Assembly (NCBI GenBank): GCA_004764695.1
Contig: SMSO01000031.1
Coordinates: 9,406,761 to 9,470,760 of the forward strand
DNA length: 64,000 bases
Source: Schizochytrium sp. TIO01
Taxonomy: Eukaryota > Protista > Bigyra: Labyrinthulomycetes
Direction: 5' to 3'
Below the pieces are notes generated by a model, which was not told the DNA's origin, searched no databases, and saw nothing but the letters and a program-made list of their open reading frames with translations. Below are positions 1-11,630 of this stretch, in pieces (the stretch's first letter is position 1; every line of letters starts with the position of its first letter). The translations under genes were made by a program, and so were the position numbers.

Positions 1-443
1 ATGATTGTTCCGCATATGCATTCCTCTTTGGGAGCGCCGCATCCGAGTTCGCAAGAAATTGGACAAACATTGGATATCACTTCCTCCGGGATAGTGTCAC
101 AGAATCCAAAATATAGAGCCATTTCACAGTTGTTGAATGGAAGGCCAAGGTCATTCAAAGCTACTTGGTCCTCACAAATTTCTTCACATAAGCTGCATGC
201 TCTTGGACATAGAAGTTCAAGAATTGACTTGTGTATTACATTGCAACCTCCTGCGCTTGCGAGCTCTTGGCAAGAAGTCAGATCAGGATATAGGCTACCC
301 GTGAGCTTAGCCAAATCACTGTCGTTGTCTTGTCCATCGGCTTCACATTTGACAGCCTCGGATACCGAGATAATTGCGTCTGAAAGTAATGCAATTAGTA
401 ATAAGCACCCCAAGCGCATAGCGATTGTTGCAGAATTGCACAT
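1..443 (-). CDS. Secreted/membrane Cys-rich protein with ShKT-like repeats; 5' part only, runs off the left window edge; paralog of the 1314-3210 gene
   Basis: My translation of the minus strand from ATG 443 (or 419) is open to base 1: MCNSATIAMRLGCLLLIALLSDAIISVSEA (signal peptide), then CEADGQD...TSCQELASAGGCNVIHKSILELLCPRACSLC and CEDQ...NNCEMALYFGFCDTIPEEVISNVCPISCELGCGA. Absent from the ORF track, probably because no stop lies in the window. Confidence 0.85.
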   Translation of the reverse strand, partial: MCNSATIAMRLGCLLLIALLSDAIISVSEAVKCEADGQDNDSDLAKLTGSLYPDLTSCQELASAGGCNVIHKSILELLCPRACSLCEEICEDQVALNDLGLPFNNCEMALYFGFCDTIPEEVISNVCPISCELGCGAPKEECICGTI

Positions 444-548
444 CTGCAAATCACAATTTCGAGTGTGTTATTGTCAATAGGAGCAATAGTCTTCATTGTG
501 CCTGTTTTTAAACTACCACTAGAAAAGACTTTGATAAAATGAACATAC
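444..548 (-). other. Probable short GT-AG intron immediately upstream of the ATG of the left ShKT-like gene
   Basis: Minus strand AG|GTATGT donor at 548 and TTTGCAG|ATG acceptor at 444; about 105 nt, AT-rich. Confidence 0.5.
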
Positions 549-1313
549 CTCGACCTCAACTAATAAACAGACCAAACCATTACATTATATCTTGAACTTT
601 CCTTCCAATCTACGAGAGTCTACGTGCAGTGGGTATATCAAATATGACAATCTAGTATGTGCTGCATACTTGCTGACCTCCCATTCCTCATTTTAACTTC
701 TTTGTACAATTTGCTACTGTGTCAGTAGGTACAACGCCTTCCATATTTTACAATAACAAAAGCAAATAATCTGGCATATTTTGGTACTAAAAAAAGAAAG
801 AAGAAGAACAATTAAAAGACTAACCTAACGGCTATTTTGTTAAAAAAATAAAAACAAAAACAAAAAAAGTTAAATTTCAAATTTTTGTCTGTAGAGGTGT
901 CCTCATCAGCAATATAGAAAACGAATTACATTTCTTTTGAAGGTCGAATTACAATACACAGAAGCACAATTTGGAGCTTTTCAAGGCAGATAGGCATTAT
1001 CTTCCATGGGATCGCTTCGAATTCAGTCTATTTCTGTCATACAAAATTAAAGTGGAACTAGTTCGAAGTGTGGAGGGTTAACATAACATCGATATAAAGA
1101 GGGAGATAAAAGCATAATCATAAAATGTTGGTTATCGTTTATTGATCAAGCCAACTTGCACCAGCTTTGAACTTGCCTCTCTAGCCCGTCCTATAAAGAG
1201 AAAATTGAAACAAAAACTTTTAGAAGCGATTAGAGAAGAACAAACCTCGAATCTCATGCTAAGGAATGAGGTTATTCAGGGTCTCACCTTTTGATGCATC
1301 TCGCTCAAGGCAA

Positions 1314-3210
1314 ATGTCTACGAGACGTAGACATTGCCAGGCTCAGTGGTCGCTTGTGGTTTGTGTAGTAGTCTGGGTTACCACATTCCTTAGCTTCGCA
1401 CGGGGAGAGAGTGGTTCAAACGAGACTTGTGCCGACGCACCTGCGGAAGCGTTTGAAGAACTGGGGCTGGGTATTACTTCATGTGTCGATATTGTTGATG
1501 CAGAGCTCTGCAATGCTCTAAATGGAAAGCGTTGTAGAGATGCTTTGTTCTTATTCCTGCGGCATCTGCAATCCATCTGCAGAAGAATGCATGGACGCAA
1601 ACTCAACTGTGATCGCTGAGCAACCTCGCATCAGCGATGTTGGGTCGTCATGCCAAGAGATAGCAATGGCCGGGGGTTGCTTAACTCATGCAAGTGTAGC
1701 AATGATTCTATGTCCAGAAAGCTGCGCGTCTCCAGACTGTCCTTTAGCATGCACTGATAAGGATGATTGGGTTGCTAACGTTACAGCGATCAACGGTGAC
1801 GACTGCACATCCGCAGCACTGCAAGGCGCCTGCTCAGCTTTCCCTGCGATTATGAACACTTTATGTCCAATATCTTGTGAATTTGGGTGCGGAGCTGTGG
1901 AGGAAGAAGAACCTGCGCAAATCTATTGTGTTTGCAATGGTGAAGTACTAGAGGCTGACGAAAATGGTCTCCCCCCTGAAGCTGAAGAATGCGTACCTGC
2001 AAGTGACAACGAGGATGGTGGCGACAGTGAGAGTGAAGAAGACAGCAATGAGGAGTCTACGGTTGGCGAGGAAATCGTAGATACTATTTCAGATCTTCTT
2101 ACTGAAAAGTTAGAAACTTCAGGCATTTTGGAGTTTGTAATGACCGCAGTTACCTACGTGACAATGTTCTATGCATTTCACCAAAAGACTCGAGCGATTC
2201 TAGTTGACACTAGACACGACAAAATTAAGGTTGCAAAGCGTGAGAGTATTCGAAAAAGTGTATCGGAGAACAATCGCCTTGCCAATAGCATTGGTGGTGG
2301 ACGAATTGAGCTTTACAGTGACATTGAAGACGTGGAAGAACTTGACAACGATACCTTAGGCCAAGGCAATTGTAGCTCTGTGGATAAACGTCCCAACCGA
2401 AATTTAAGTAGTGGAACAAAAACCAAAAATGTAGATAAAGAGGAGAAGAACAGTACTGAGGGCGAGGTCGAGGAGGCAGAAGAGGATGGTAAGGATTGTA
2501 AGGAAGGCGAGGATGGCGAAAAGGACCAAGAGGAACAGGAAGAGGAAGAGGAAGAGGAAGAAAGAAACATGTTTGTCGATGGGATTATGCTTATTTTGAA
2601 TCCTTTCATATCATTAGTATTAAGGGTTTTGAAATTGATTCACCATTTTGTCTATGTTTATATTGCTCGCAAGGACTGGAGTAACTTATGTCTGTATGTC
2701 CGAATTATGGGCCGGACAAAGTTTTCTAATAAACTCATAAATTCAATGATTAGTCTCTTCGACATAAACGTGGAAGAACAACAAGACAAAGCTGCGAATG
2801 CCTTAACAGAATGTCTTGAGAGGAGTGTATGTCTCAAGTCTTTGAATAAGTTGCGCAAGTTTGTACAAAATCAAAGAAATGAAGAGGAGGATGGGAACAA
2901 TGAGGAGGAAGATCAGTCTTGTATTGGCAAGGTCACGGCATTTTTGGAACGCTTCAAAAGCTTAGCTGAGACGGCAAAGAGTAACACACACTTCACGAAG
3001 AGTGGAGCTGCCAAAATTGTCCCTCATGAGGGACCTACCGACACGAATGAAGCTCTAACAGATACGAAGTCTGGAGATCGGGTATCTAAAGCTTTAGATG
3101 GAGTGATAGATTACACTGAGCGGGGCATCAATGTTATGAACAATGCAAATTTAAATGAAATCAAGAGTGGCGTTTCTGATGGAGTTCGGAACAGGGTCGA
3201 AGGGGATTAG
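1314..3210 (+). CDS. Membrane protein with signal peptide, three ShKT-like repeats, TM helix and acidic tail; 1-nt frameshift near 1520
   Basis: ORF 1266-1619 gives the signal peptide (SLVVCVVVWVTTFLSFARG) and half of repeat 1 (CAD...SCVDIVDAELC). ORF 1522-3210 completes it (EMLCSYSCGIC) and adds CMD..SCQEIAMAGGC..LCPESC..C and CTD..C..GAC..LCPISCEFGC, a TM segment (GILEFVMTAVTYVTMFYAF), a second hydrophobic segment and E-rich tracts. Confidence 0.8.
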
Positions 3211-3599
3211 ATTCTTTGCACGAGCACAAATAGCTCGAGCACTTTATGCTGAAAAAATTTATTAAAATAAAGATAACAAAACCCTGAAAGAATAAATTAA
3301 ACTTTGTAGAAAATCACTCAGCTTTGCTTGCCAGCAAACTGCGGTTTCTGTCTTTCATAAGTCTATCACCGGTCCTTAATGTTAGCGAAATCAGCGCGTG
3401 CAAAGGCAGCAATATAGGTTAGTGTTACACATCGAAGGTGAATTAAAAAAAGTAATCAAGAAATAATCGAAATGACACTTGGTCTAAATAATCATTATAT
3501 AGCAAGTCCAGGGCTATTAATGAATAAAAGACAGATATGAAAAAGTTGGCGAATGATAATTAGTTGCCAAGCAGTTCACGATCTCAACGCTCGAGGAGT

Positions 3600-5630
3600 A
3601 TGTCGAGTTCCCGCGTGCGAGGCCTGCTGCAGGCGTGTGACAAAGTTTTCGAGGAGGTTTCTGACGTGCTGGATGGGCGTGCCGCCTCAAATTTAGCGGC
3701 GTTAAACTCCTCCGCGAAGGGACACCGAGTTACCGAATCTGGCTCAGGATGGTCGCACGTGAGCGACGAAGACGACGAAGACGATGATGGCGACACCGAC
3801 AAGCTTGCAAGTAACGGCATCACACAAGTTTCCACCAGCAAATCTCATAAAGGCATGAGCAGCAGCGTTACAATCAATAATTCCAGGAGCAAAGATATCA
3901 ACAACAGCACCGCAAAAAATAGCAACCGCATCAACAATTCTTCGGAGCATGGAGTATCTGGCGCTTCAAGAGCTGCTTGGACTCACGACTCGGATTTGGA
4001 TGAAGACAACGATGACGATGATCTTGGAGAAGATGACAACTATGAAGATGACATTGACGATGATGATGTAGAGGATGATGACGATGATGTCAGAGGCGTA
4101 GAGATCGACGATTCAAGGGCCGAGGATATGAGCGACTCGCGCAAGCTTGTAGGCAGGGAGAACTTGCTTTCCAAGGATGAGCTTCAAGCAGATCGTTTGC
4201 TGGAAGCTGTTGCTGGGGAGGACCACAATTACAAGGCATCGCCATCACCAGTCACATTGCCATCTGCACCATCATCATCAGGAAATACGAACGTTGCTGC
4301 AAAACCTGCTGTGCGTTATGAAGATATGGGGTGGCTTGAGGTCCCTCTGGACATTGAAGCGTACTGGCTACTCCAAGAGGTGGCTTGGGAAGTCCAAGCT
4401 GAAGAGGATCGGCTCAAGGAGGAGGAGGAGGAGGAGGAGGCGACAGAAGAGAAAGAGGTACAGAACCTTGAAGATACGACTGGTGGAGATGATAATAGTG
4501 AAAATGACGCACCTTCACAGGATTTAGTTGATGGTGTCCAGGGAGCCAACGGAGTCTCGGTGTCATCGGATGTCGATGAGACAGCAGCAGAGGTGGAGCC
4601 GCAATTTTCGGTCTTCAAGCTGAGGGTTGTTGGGGTAGCGGGTCGTACCGGGTTCGAAGAGACAAAAGAATTGAAGGTGCACAAAGGTATGCGTATCGCA
4701 GGTCGTTACGAGGTAGAGGATGTGGTAGGAGAAGCAGCCTTTTCCACTGCTTTGCGTTGCATCGATATTGAAGGTGGAAAGCGACCAGTTTGCTGCAAGG
4801 TGATTAAGAATAACAAGGACTTTGTAGATCAGAGTCTGGACGAAATTCGATTACTACAGCACCTGAATGAGCGTGACCCCGATGCAACCCATGTTGTGCA
4901 TTTATTAGACTATTTCTATCATAAAGAGCATCTGTTCCTAGTGACAGAATTGCTCGGTGCTGACTTGTTTGCTGGTTGGATCCAGGTAACGCGAACGCCA
5001 GGACTCAGCTTGGAAAGCGCCGTCTTTACTGTAGCGAAGCAATGTCTCGCAGCGCTCGACTTTGTCCACAAGTGTGGTCTAATTCATTGCGATATTAAGC
5101 CGGAGAATATTCTCATTGCAGCGATTAACCCACTTCGTGTCAAGCTGATTGATTTTGGGTCGAGCTGCTTTGTTACTGACCGAATGAGCTCATACATTCA
5201 ATCACGTTTTTATCGTGCACCTGAAGTGGTGTTAGGTTTACCGTTTAGCACACGCATCGATCTATGGTCATTAGGTTGTGTGCTCGCAGAACTTCTTACG
5301 GGCCAAGTTCTTTTCGAGTGCGCGGATGCGCATGAGCTCTTAGCGATGATTATAAGTGCCTTGGGCCCGATTCCTCGTCACATGGCCAGCAATGCTCGTT
5401 ACGCATCCAAGTTTTTTCTCGGTGACGTGCTACACAGGCCTCCTGAGGACGTAGATTACGAGACTGCCTCGGTAGTCTCGCTATTGTACCCGAAGCAATC
5501 TTCACTCTCGGTGCGGCTTCCCCGATCAACGTCAGCAGAGATGCGGCGCCTTTTGGAAAGGCTCTTGAAGGTAGATCCTGCGCTGCGGCCCTCGGCCGAG
5601 GATCTCTTACGAAGCGAGTTTACTGCCTGA
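3600..5630 (+). CDS. DYRK-family (DYRKP-like) dual-specificity protein kinase with acidic low-complexity N-terminus
   Basis: HCDIKPEN, KLIDFGSSC, SSYIQSRFYRAPEV, DLWSLGC. The pre-kinase RTGFEETKE...IAGRY and GEAAFS glycine loop are typical of the DYRKP subgroup. First in-frame ATG is at 3600 (the track starts at TTG 3564). Confidence 0.93.
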   Translation: MSSSRVRGLLQACDKVFEEVSDVLDGRAASNLAALNSSAKGHRVTESGSGWSHVSDEDDEDDDGDTDKLASNGITQVSTSKSHKGMSSSVTINNSRSKDINNSTAKNSNRINNSSEHGVSGASRAAWTHDSDLDEDNDDDDLGEDDNYEDDIDDDDVEDDDDDVRGVEIDDSRAEDMSDSRKLVGRENLLSKDELQADRLLEAVAGEDHNYKASPSPVTLPSAPSSSGNTNVAAKPAVRYEDMGWLEVPLDIEAYWLLQEVAWEVQAEEDRLKEEEEEEEATEEKEVQNLEDTTGGDDNSENDAPSQDLVDGVQGANGVSVSSDVDETAAEVEPQFSVFKLRVVGVAGRTGFEETKELKVHKGMRIAGRYEVEDVVGEAAFSTALRCIDIEGGKRPVCCKVIKNNKDFVDQSLDEIRLLQHLNERDPDATHVVHLLDYFYHKEHLFLVTELLGADLFAGWIQVTRTPGLSLESAVFTVAKQCLAALDFVHKCGLIHCDIKPENILIAAINPLRVKLIDFGSSCFVTDRMSSYIQSRFYRAPEVVLGLPFSTRIDLWSLGCVLAELLTGQVLFECADAHELLAMIISALGPIPRHMASNARYASKFFLGDVLHRPPEDVDYETASVVSLLYPKQSSLSVRLPRSTSAEMRRLLERLLKVDPALRPSAEDLLRSEFTA

Positions 5631-5966
5631 GTTAACATTCTAGTTATATCCTCTGCACATCATGAGGTATATGGCTTATTTTCAGATCAGCTGTTGTCTT
5701 GCCCCAGGGCTAACAAGAGCGTAACTAGCTTAGTCGTAGTAATTTTGCTCCTGCAAAACCCCGCAAACCATCATGTATTTTGTAATCCTCCTTGTACGTC
5801 CATGCATCCTGTATAGCTTCTGTGCATATGTCCTTAGTAATATCCATGTTCTGGCTACGATAACACAATAGCGAGTGACGGTAAACTCAGTTCGAGGCCT
5901 ACTGCTTTGGTACTTAAGTATATACCGAAGTTATGAAACTGAGTGAGGGCAAATTTAATACAAAGT

Positions 5967-6458
5967 TCAAACGATACCTTTGATCTGCTCTTTTGATCCA
6001 GAGCAGGTCTCAGTCTCTGAGCAGAATACATGTTTTAAGCTGGTTTTCTTCAGTAACATCCAGAATGGATTTTGCATGTATCGCTGAAGAGGAATTGCCA
6101 TGCGCTTAAAACGGTCTGTGGAAACTAGAAGAGCCACTGCGAGGCCGACCTCGATGCCAGCGCAGTCGGCTGCAGCGTCTCGTAGAGATGCTCGGGGGCC
6201 ATCAAAGATCTCCTTCCCAGTTCCTACGATAGCAGTGACAGCGGTGGCGGCTTGGGGGCTGAGGCCGAGCAATGCTTGCGCCCCAAAGACCAGGGAAGCA
6301 CAAGCCACAATGTGCAACATTTTATCTTGCCGGATCCAGAGATCCGAGGTATCATAGACGAAGAGGATGTCGAGAAAGATGAGTGCTACGCCCACCAAGC
6401 CCACGAAGAGGAGCACATGTCCGAACTGCGCGAACTTTGATGTTGGGGCTGGTTTCAT
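5967..6458 (-). CDS. Small multi-pass membrane protein, YfiM/VanZ-like
   Basis: Hydrophobic helices with motifs DKMLH, GTGKEIFD and SLRDAAADCAG, matching the DK..H / G..KE..D / S..D..AD..G pattern of YfiM/VanZ-like proteins. First ATG at 6458. Confidence 0.7.
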   Translation of the reverse strand: MKPAPTSKFAQFGHVLLFVGLVGVALIFLDILFVYDTSDLWIRQDKMLHIVACASLVFGAQALLGLSPQAATAVTAIVGTGKEIFDGPRASLRDAAADCAGIEVGLAVALLVSTDRFKRMAIPLQRYMQNPFWMLLKKTSLKHVFCSETETCSGSKEQIKGIV

Positions 6459-7284
6459 CGCGGGTGCCTGGAATTGAAGATTTGGCTGCAAACGTTAACA
6501 AAAAGAAAAAAGAAAACTTCGAAAGAGATAAACTTGAATTCGTTCTTTTTGTTTCCTTTGGAAGAGCAATAATGTCAGATGTGTGCCCTATACGCAAATC
6601 TCACTAGGTTTCTTGTGGCGGTGTTGAACTATGATTTCCCTGATGTTCAAGTCCTTTCCGTTGAAGAAAGTTAGCACCAGCTCACTTACTTTAAAGTATA
6701 CATTTTTGGTAATGTACTGAGCAGTTCAGCTTTTGCGTGTGTCGTATTTACTTGTGTTGATGTGCTGTTCAGTTTTTTTGGCATGACTGTCAATTTACAA
6801 AGAAAAGAAGGGAACAGATGTATGTATACCTTGAGACTTCATGTCGCAATTTGCACCAAATAATACAAGTAATAATGTAATAATATGGGTGAAGAGAAGA
6901 ATTGGATATTTAGTATTGAATTAGAAGACGGAGGTAACTTTATAAAAACGAGGCTGAGTGGTGTAGGTTCTACAGAGACATAGGGGAAAGGGTATATTCA
7001 CCGTGGGTGGATGACGAGATGGCAATCGTTTACTTCTGTCGATACTGCAGCTGACTTATTACTTTGGCCAGTAAAGTCAGATTGTATTTTCGTTGAGTTG
7101 AAGTAGTATAATGTTGCTGTGAATTGTCCACAAGGACATGCTCCTGATTGCTTAAATGTAACAAATGTATACGGACTGCACGCGTTGTTGTGACATTGAT
7201 GGTAATCGATAAGTTTGCTCTGTTGATGGGGGTTTTCTTTGTAAGAGATGATATATTATTTTTTGAGTGGGGAGTGGCGGGGCG

Positions 7285-9768
7285 TCACCGACCTGAGTTG
7301 TTAAAGTTAAAGCGGTCATTGTTAAGCATGCGGTCTTCGAGATTGATGGGCATCTCCGAGGAGTCGTTCCGAACTGAAGAAGAGTTTCGGTTCATTCCCA
7401 TGTTTGCACTGTTCATCATGCCTCCGATGGCAGACTGTGGATACGCACCAGATCCAGAGAGCGACTGAGAGGGATCCGTACCAGAGAATAGGGAAGGTGC
7501 AGACGAGAGAAGTGAAAGGGAAGCCTGGTGTTGTCCTGCTGCGGCCGCGTACATCTCGAGCGCTTGCGAGTTAGGATGAGCGAGGTAGCTGGGCTGCTGT
7601 GTAGAAGAATATGGCCAGAGAGAGTTCTGAAAGGAGGTCTGAGGCTGGGGATGTTGGGGCTGCTGTTGTTGCTGCTGCTGACGCATGAAGTTGTTGAATT
7701 GGTTTTGTCGCTGGTGCTGAGCCAAGGTGGCAGCAGCTGCAGCTGTATCTGCTACCTCATCAGTAGCAGACGTATCTGGCGCCTTGGCGCCGCTTCGATG
7801 CCTTTGTGTGGCAGCTGCCTCAGCGGCGGCCGTACTAGCTGCAGAGCTAGAAACAGATTGTGGAGAAGATGCATTACTAGCAGAGTTGACTCCAGAGGGG
7901 GCTGCCTTTGATAGGAGACCATGCGTCATATGAGCCTGAATATTGGTAACAAAGTCAATGTTGTAGTTGCCATCGGCATCGACCTTGGGAAGTGAGTTCC
8001 CACGAAAGCCCTGAAAGGCGCGATCACCGACAGGATATGACATGACAACTACAACGTTGGAGAAGTTCGTTCCCTTTGTGGAACTAGGCCAGACAATGCT
8101 ACCAATAAGCAACGGGGCCTCCAGACGCGCCCTACGGCCCTCGCTATCGTTGCTACCGGGCGAAGACAGCTCTGGGTCAAGCTGAGCATGTTTAAGCATG
8201 TCCGTGGTTGTCGCAGACCGCACTGAAACGTAAGCTTTACAGGGCTGTTCGTCTGCGTTGGAGCTCGGAGAGATGGCCCGAGGGAAGATATCCACAACCT
8301 TGGACACTGCTGTATTGATGAGCTCTACATCAGATCCACTGCGCTGGCGTAGAAATCTGATTTTCTCTCCGCTTGTGGAGAGGTCGAGGAGGTCGTCCAC
8401 ATCATTGGGCGTGATGTCATCTACTACGAGGTCATCAGTGCTGCAGTGAGCGCGAGCTACGTAAGCTGGGTCCGAGAGCAGTGCTGAGAGCCTCGAACCC
8501 ATGTCGTTGTACTCCACAGGCATATCGCGAAGTTCGAGACGCATGTTGAGCCGCGTTGCGTTATCTGATGTGGAGCCTGACGGTAGGATTTCGTACTTTG
8601 ATGCAATCGCAAATGAAGCCACTTTAATGTCCTGACCCACACGCCACGAGAGTCCATTGTTCTGCGCAGAACTGCTCATGTATGCGAGTCCAAGGGCCTG
8701 AGCCACGCTCGAGTCGATACCCTGTCGAAACGTCTGCGCTCGTTCTCCTCGCGCCGGGCTTATAGGTTTCGCGGAGGACCCTGTGACACAGCTCACGAAG
8801 TGGTTGTAGCGTCCCGTCTCAGCTTTGTAGAGTTCGTTCTCGGTTGCGAGGTCAACAGTGCCGTCTCCACGAAGCTCTTGAACCCGCATTTTCAGAGCAC
8901 GAACCTTTTCGAGAAGTGCGTCGCGCTCTTGCTCGAGTTCTTCATTACGACGCTTAAGCGTCTCGGTCTCACGCTTGCGCTTCTCTCGAAAGCGTTTGCA
9001 AGCAATGGCATTGCGCGACTTCGATGATGACGAAGTCGTGGTTGTTGTGTCGTTAAAGACGGACTTGCCACTGTTGCTAAAGCTACCGGAGCTTGAGGAG
9101 CTGCTATTTGAAAGGGCATGTTGCAGAGACTTGGTGCTGTTGTGCGAGGGAAAACCTTGCTGCAGAGGCGGTAGGGAAGGCTGCGCCGGCGCATTTGTAT
9201 GTCCAAAGTTACGAAATGCGTTCATGTTTGGGTTGCTTGAGGCAGCGTTTGACCCATTGTAAAGAAGATAGTTGCTCATCTCGGAGAGACCGCCCGCATT
9301 GTTGTTGATACTGTTGTCCTGGTTAGAGGCAAATGGGTGCGAAAAAGAGGGAAGTCCAGGATGCTCTCCGTGTTCTGCTTCATCACCTTGCTGGCTCCGG
9401 TAGAGTTGCGCAAGATCTTCATTGGTGAACATGTTTTGCGGGTGCTGTTGCTGTTGCTGTTGCTGGAAGAGGAAATCCTCCTGCTTCATGCTACGTGGGA
9501 AGGAGTTTGCGAATCCAGAGGGGTTCATCTTCAAGTCTTCGTCTACTTGGCTTGACACGAATTGGTCAGGCCTATTGAAGTGGGTGCTGATGTTGTTGCC
9601 GTTGTAATATAGTTCTTGATGTCGATTCGATTGTTGCCAAAGACTCGAAAAGGTTGCGTCTTGTTCTGGTTGGAACAAGCCGGTTGAGTTGAAGAGGTGA
9701 CCGGCGTGTAGAGGTGGGCTCGTTTTTGTCTTTGTTACGGGTGTCTCGCGGGGCTTGCGATAAGCCAC
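7285..9768 (-). CDS. bZIP transcription factor (paralog 1) with Q/N-rich regions and C-terminal START-like domain; start codon uncertain (first ATG 9528)
   Basis: Basic region RNAIACKRFREKRK (N-x7-R), heptad zipper LKRRNEELEQERDALLEKVRALKMRVQEL, second zipper DLATENELYKAE, polyQ tracts; extensive similarity to 44994-47036. Confidence 0.9.
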   Translation of the reverse strand: MAYRKPRETPVTKTKTSPPLHAGHLFNSTGLFQPEQDATFSSLWQQSNRHQELYYNGNNISTHFNRPDQFVSSQVDEDLKMNPSGFANSFPRSMKQEDFLFQQQQQQQHPQNMFTNEDLAQLYRSQQGDEAEHGEHPGLPSFSHPFASNQDNSINNNAGGLSEMSNYLLYNGSNAASSNPNMNAFRNFGHTNAPAQPSLPPLQQGFPSHNSTKSLQHALSNSSSSSSGSFSNSGKSVFNDTTTTTSSSSKSRNAIACKRFREKRKRETETLKRRNEELEQERDALLEKVRALKMRVQELRGDGTVDLATENELYKAETGRYNHFVSCVTGSSAKPISPARGERAQTFRQGIDSSVAQALGLAYMSSSAQNNGLSWRVGQDIKVASFAIASKYEILPSGSTSDNATRLNMRLELRDMPVEYNDMGSRLSALLSDPAYVARAHCSTDDLVVDDITPNDVDDLLDLSTSGEKIRFLRQRSGSDVELINTAVSKVVDIFPRAISPSSNADEQPCKAYVSVRSATTTDMLKHAQLDPELSSPGSNDSEGRRARLEAPLLIGSIVWPSSTKGTNFSNVVVVMSYPVGDRAFQGFRGNSLPKVDADGNYNIDFVTNIQAHMTHGLLSKAAPSGVNSASNASSPQSVSSSAASTAAAEAAATQRHRSGAKAPDTSATDEVADTAAAAATLAQHQRQNQFNNFMRQQQQQQQPQHPQPQTSFQNSLWPYSSTQQPSYLAHPNSQALEMYAAAAGQHQASLSLLSSAPSLFSGTDPSQSLSGSGAYPQSAIGGMMNSANMGMNRNSSSVRNDSSEMPINLEDRMLNNDRFNFNNSGR

Positions 9769-9901
9769 GCAAAACCTTTAATAAGCCCTCGTCGGATTCT
9801 TTTGCTCCAAAGAATTATGAAGAAGCTCGAAGGCTATAGCGACGAAAATGTGCAATCCACGCGAACAACTAAAACCACAACGTGAAATGACGAGTGAGAA
9901 A

Positions 9902-9912
9902 AAAATGGCGCA
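9902..9912. promoter_or_regulatory. AAAATGGCGCA (YY1/initiator-like) motif just upstream of bZIP paralog 1; identical copies at 12841-12851 and 17309-17319
   Basis: Exact 11-mer seen three times in the same orientation; matches the AAnATGGCG/CGCCATnTT consensus. Confidence 0.4.
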
Positions 9913-10062
9913 ATCCGAATCAAAACAGAGTTTTCGAAGATTCTAGTAGCAGGTGCAAGTGATCGTTGTCAAAGGCAACAGCTCGCGCTACCCTACCCAA
10001 CGAGATGAGCTATGCGACTATCGATTTTGTTTTCAAGACAGAGGCCTTTTGTAAACACTAAT

Positions 10063-10243
<181 letters not shown>

Positions 10244-11426
10244 CTTCCTGGTCAAGTGCGCTAGTCTAAGTTGTGATGAGTTTCTTTGTTCGAAGCGACT
10301 ACGAAGCCCCAAGCAACTTCGGACTTCTTATTCGCAATATTGACGAAGAGTGAAGAGTGTTCAAGACGAAGATGAAGAACTGCAAAAAGCGCTTATACGA
10401 GGGATATGGCGAATAATCCAGCAACACGCACTGGAATAAGCGATAGACCTCTCGCCGCCGCGGTTCCAGGCCACTAGCTCCTGCTGCTGGACCCGGTGCC
10501 TCGCAGCCCGCCTCGCCGGCTGCCGCTGTCGCTGCGCGAGACAGGCAGGGGGCGAAGGGCAGCGAGTGATGGGCTGCTTGTGCTCTGTAGCTTTTGGCTT
10601 TGCTGATGCATTTGAAGAAACAAATGGAATGCGAAGACTTCTTTTACTTTTTCCATTTTACTCAAAGAAAGAAACAAACTTTAAAAATGACACTTACAAC
10701 CTCAAAGAAACAATTTACGGACAACTTGTTCAAAAAAGGAAAAGAAAGAAAGAAAGAGGAGCAAACGTAATAATAAATAAATAAAAATAAAATAGAGAAG
10801 ATATTATTAAAAAAAAAAATCGATGACAAATCGTGATCATAAAAAATATAAAAAAATCATACGCCTTAAAAAGTAAATAAACAAACAAATTATAAAACAA
10901 CATTTCAAAGTTGGGTATACAATATGTACAGAAATGTCTTGTTCTTGATGAGAAAAAGAAAGAAAATAACTGAGGAAAACATCATTGTTTGTAAACTTTT
11001 TTTCTTTTTTCGTGCCATGGCTGTCTTGCCATGACTTTCTTCGTCCGCTCGTTAGATTCTTTGATTCTTTCGTTGCACTTTTACTACGCTTGATTCGTTT
11101 CGTGTGGTCTTCCCTCGTTTTCTTTTCGATCTAGTTAATTAAAAAAATGACAAGAATATTCTATTTTAATTATATGTATATATATATATATATATATGAA
11201 CAATCAGCATTATCGAGTGAGGTTGTCATTTTTTCTTCTTCTCCTCTAACCTAGTTAGTGGGAAACCAATGACTCAGTCACCGTTGCAGGGTTAAAGCAA
11301 AAAGTTCATGTAGAGATTCTATTGTGATTCTTAGTACATCAATGCATTGAAACGACAGAGAAACAACCAAACTGAGTCTCCTGCTTTTGCCCAAGAGACT
11401 GCGAGTTTATTCCCAAGTAATCAGCC

Positions 11427-11512
11427 CATTCATTCATTCATTCATTCATTCATTCATTCATTCATTCATTCATTCATTCATTCATTCATTCATTCATTCA
11501 TTCTTTCATTCA
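11427..11512. repeat. (ATTC)n microsatellite
   Basis: Read directly from the sequence. Confidence 0.97.
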
Positions 11513-11630
11513 TGCCAAATTGTCAACTGATCCCGCACATGCAGCGCATACACATTGCGACGGTATGGCAACATCGTCCGAACGGCTGTGACGGGGTCAT
11601 CATCCACAAATATAATCGGTGACAGATCTC

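Noticed and set aside
1-480. Plus-strand 159-aa ORF in the track
   Set aside because: Antisense shadow of the minus-strand ShKT-like gene.
3584-9607. Overlapping opposite-strand ORFs within the kinase, membrane protein and bZIP genes
   Set aside because: Shadow frames of real genes.
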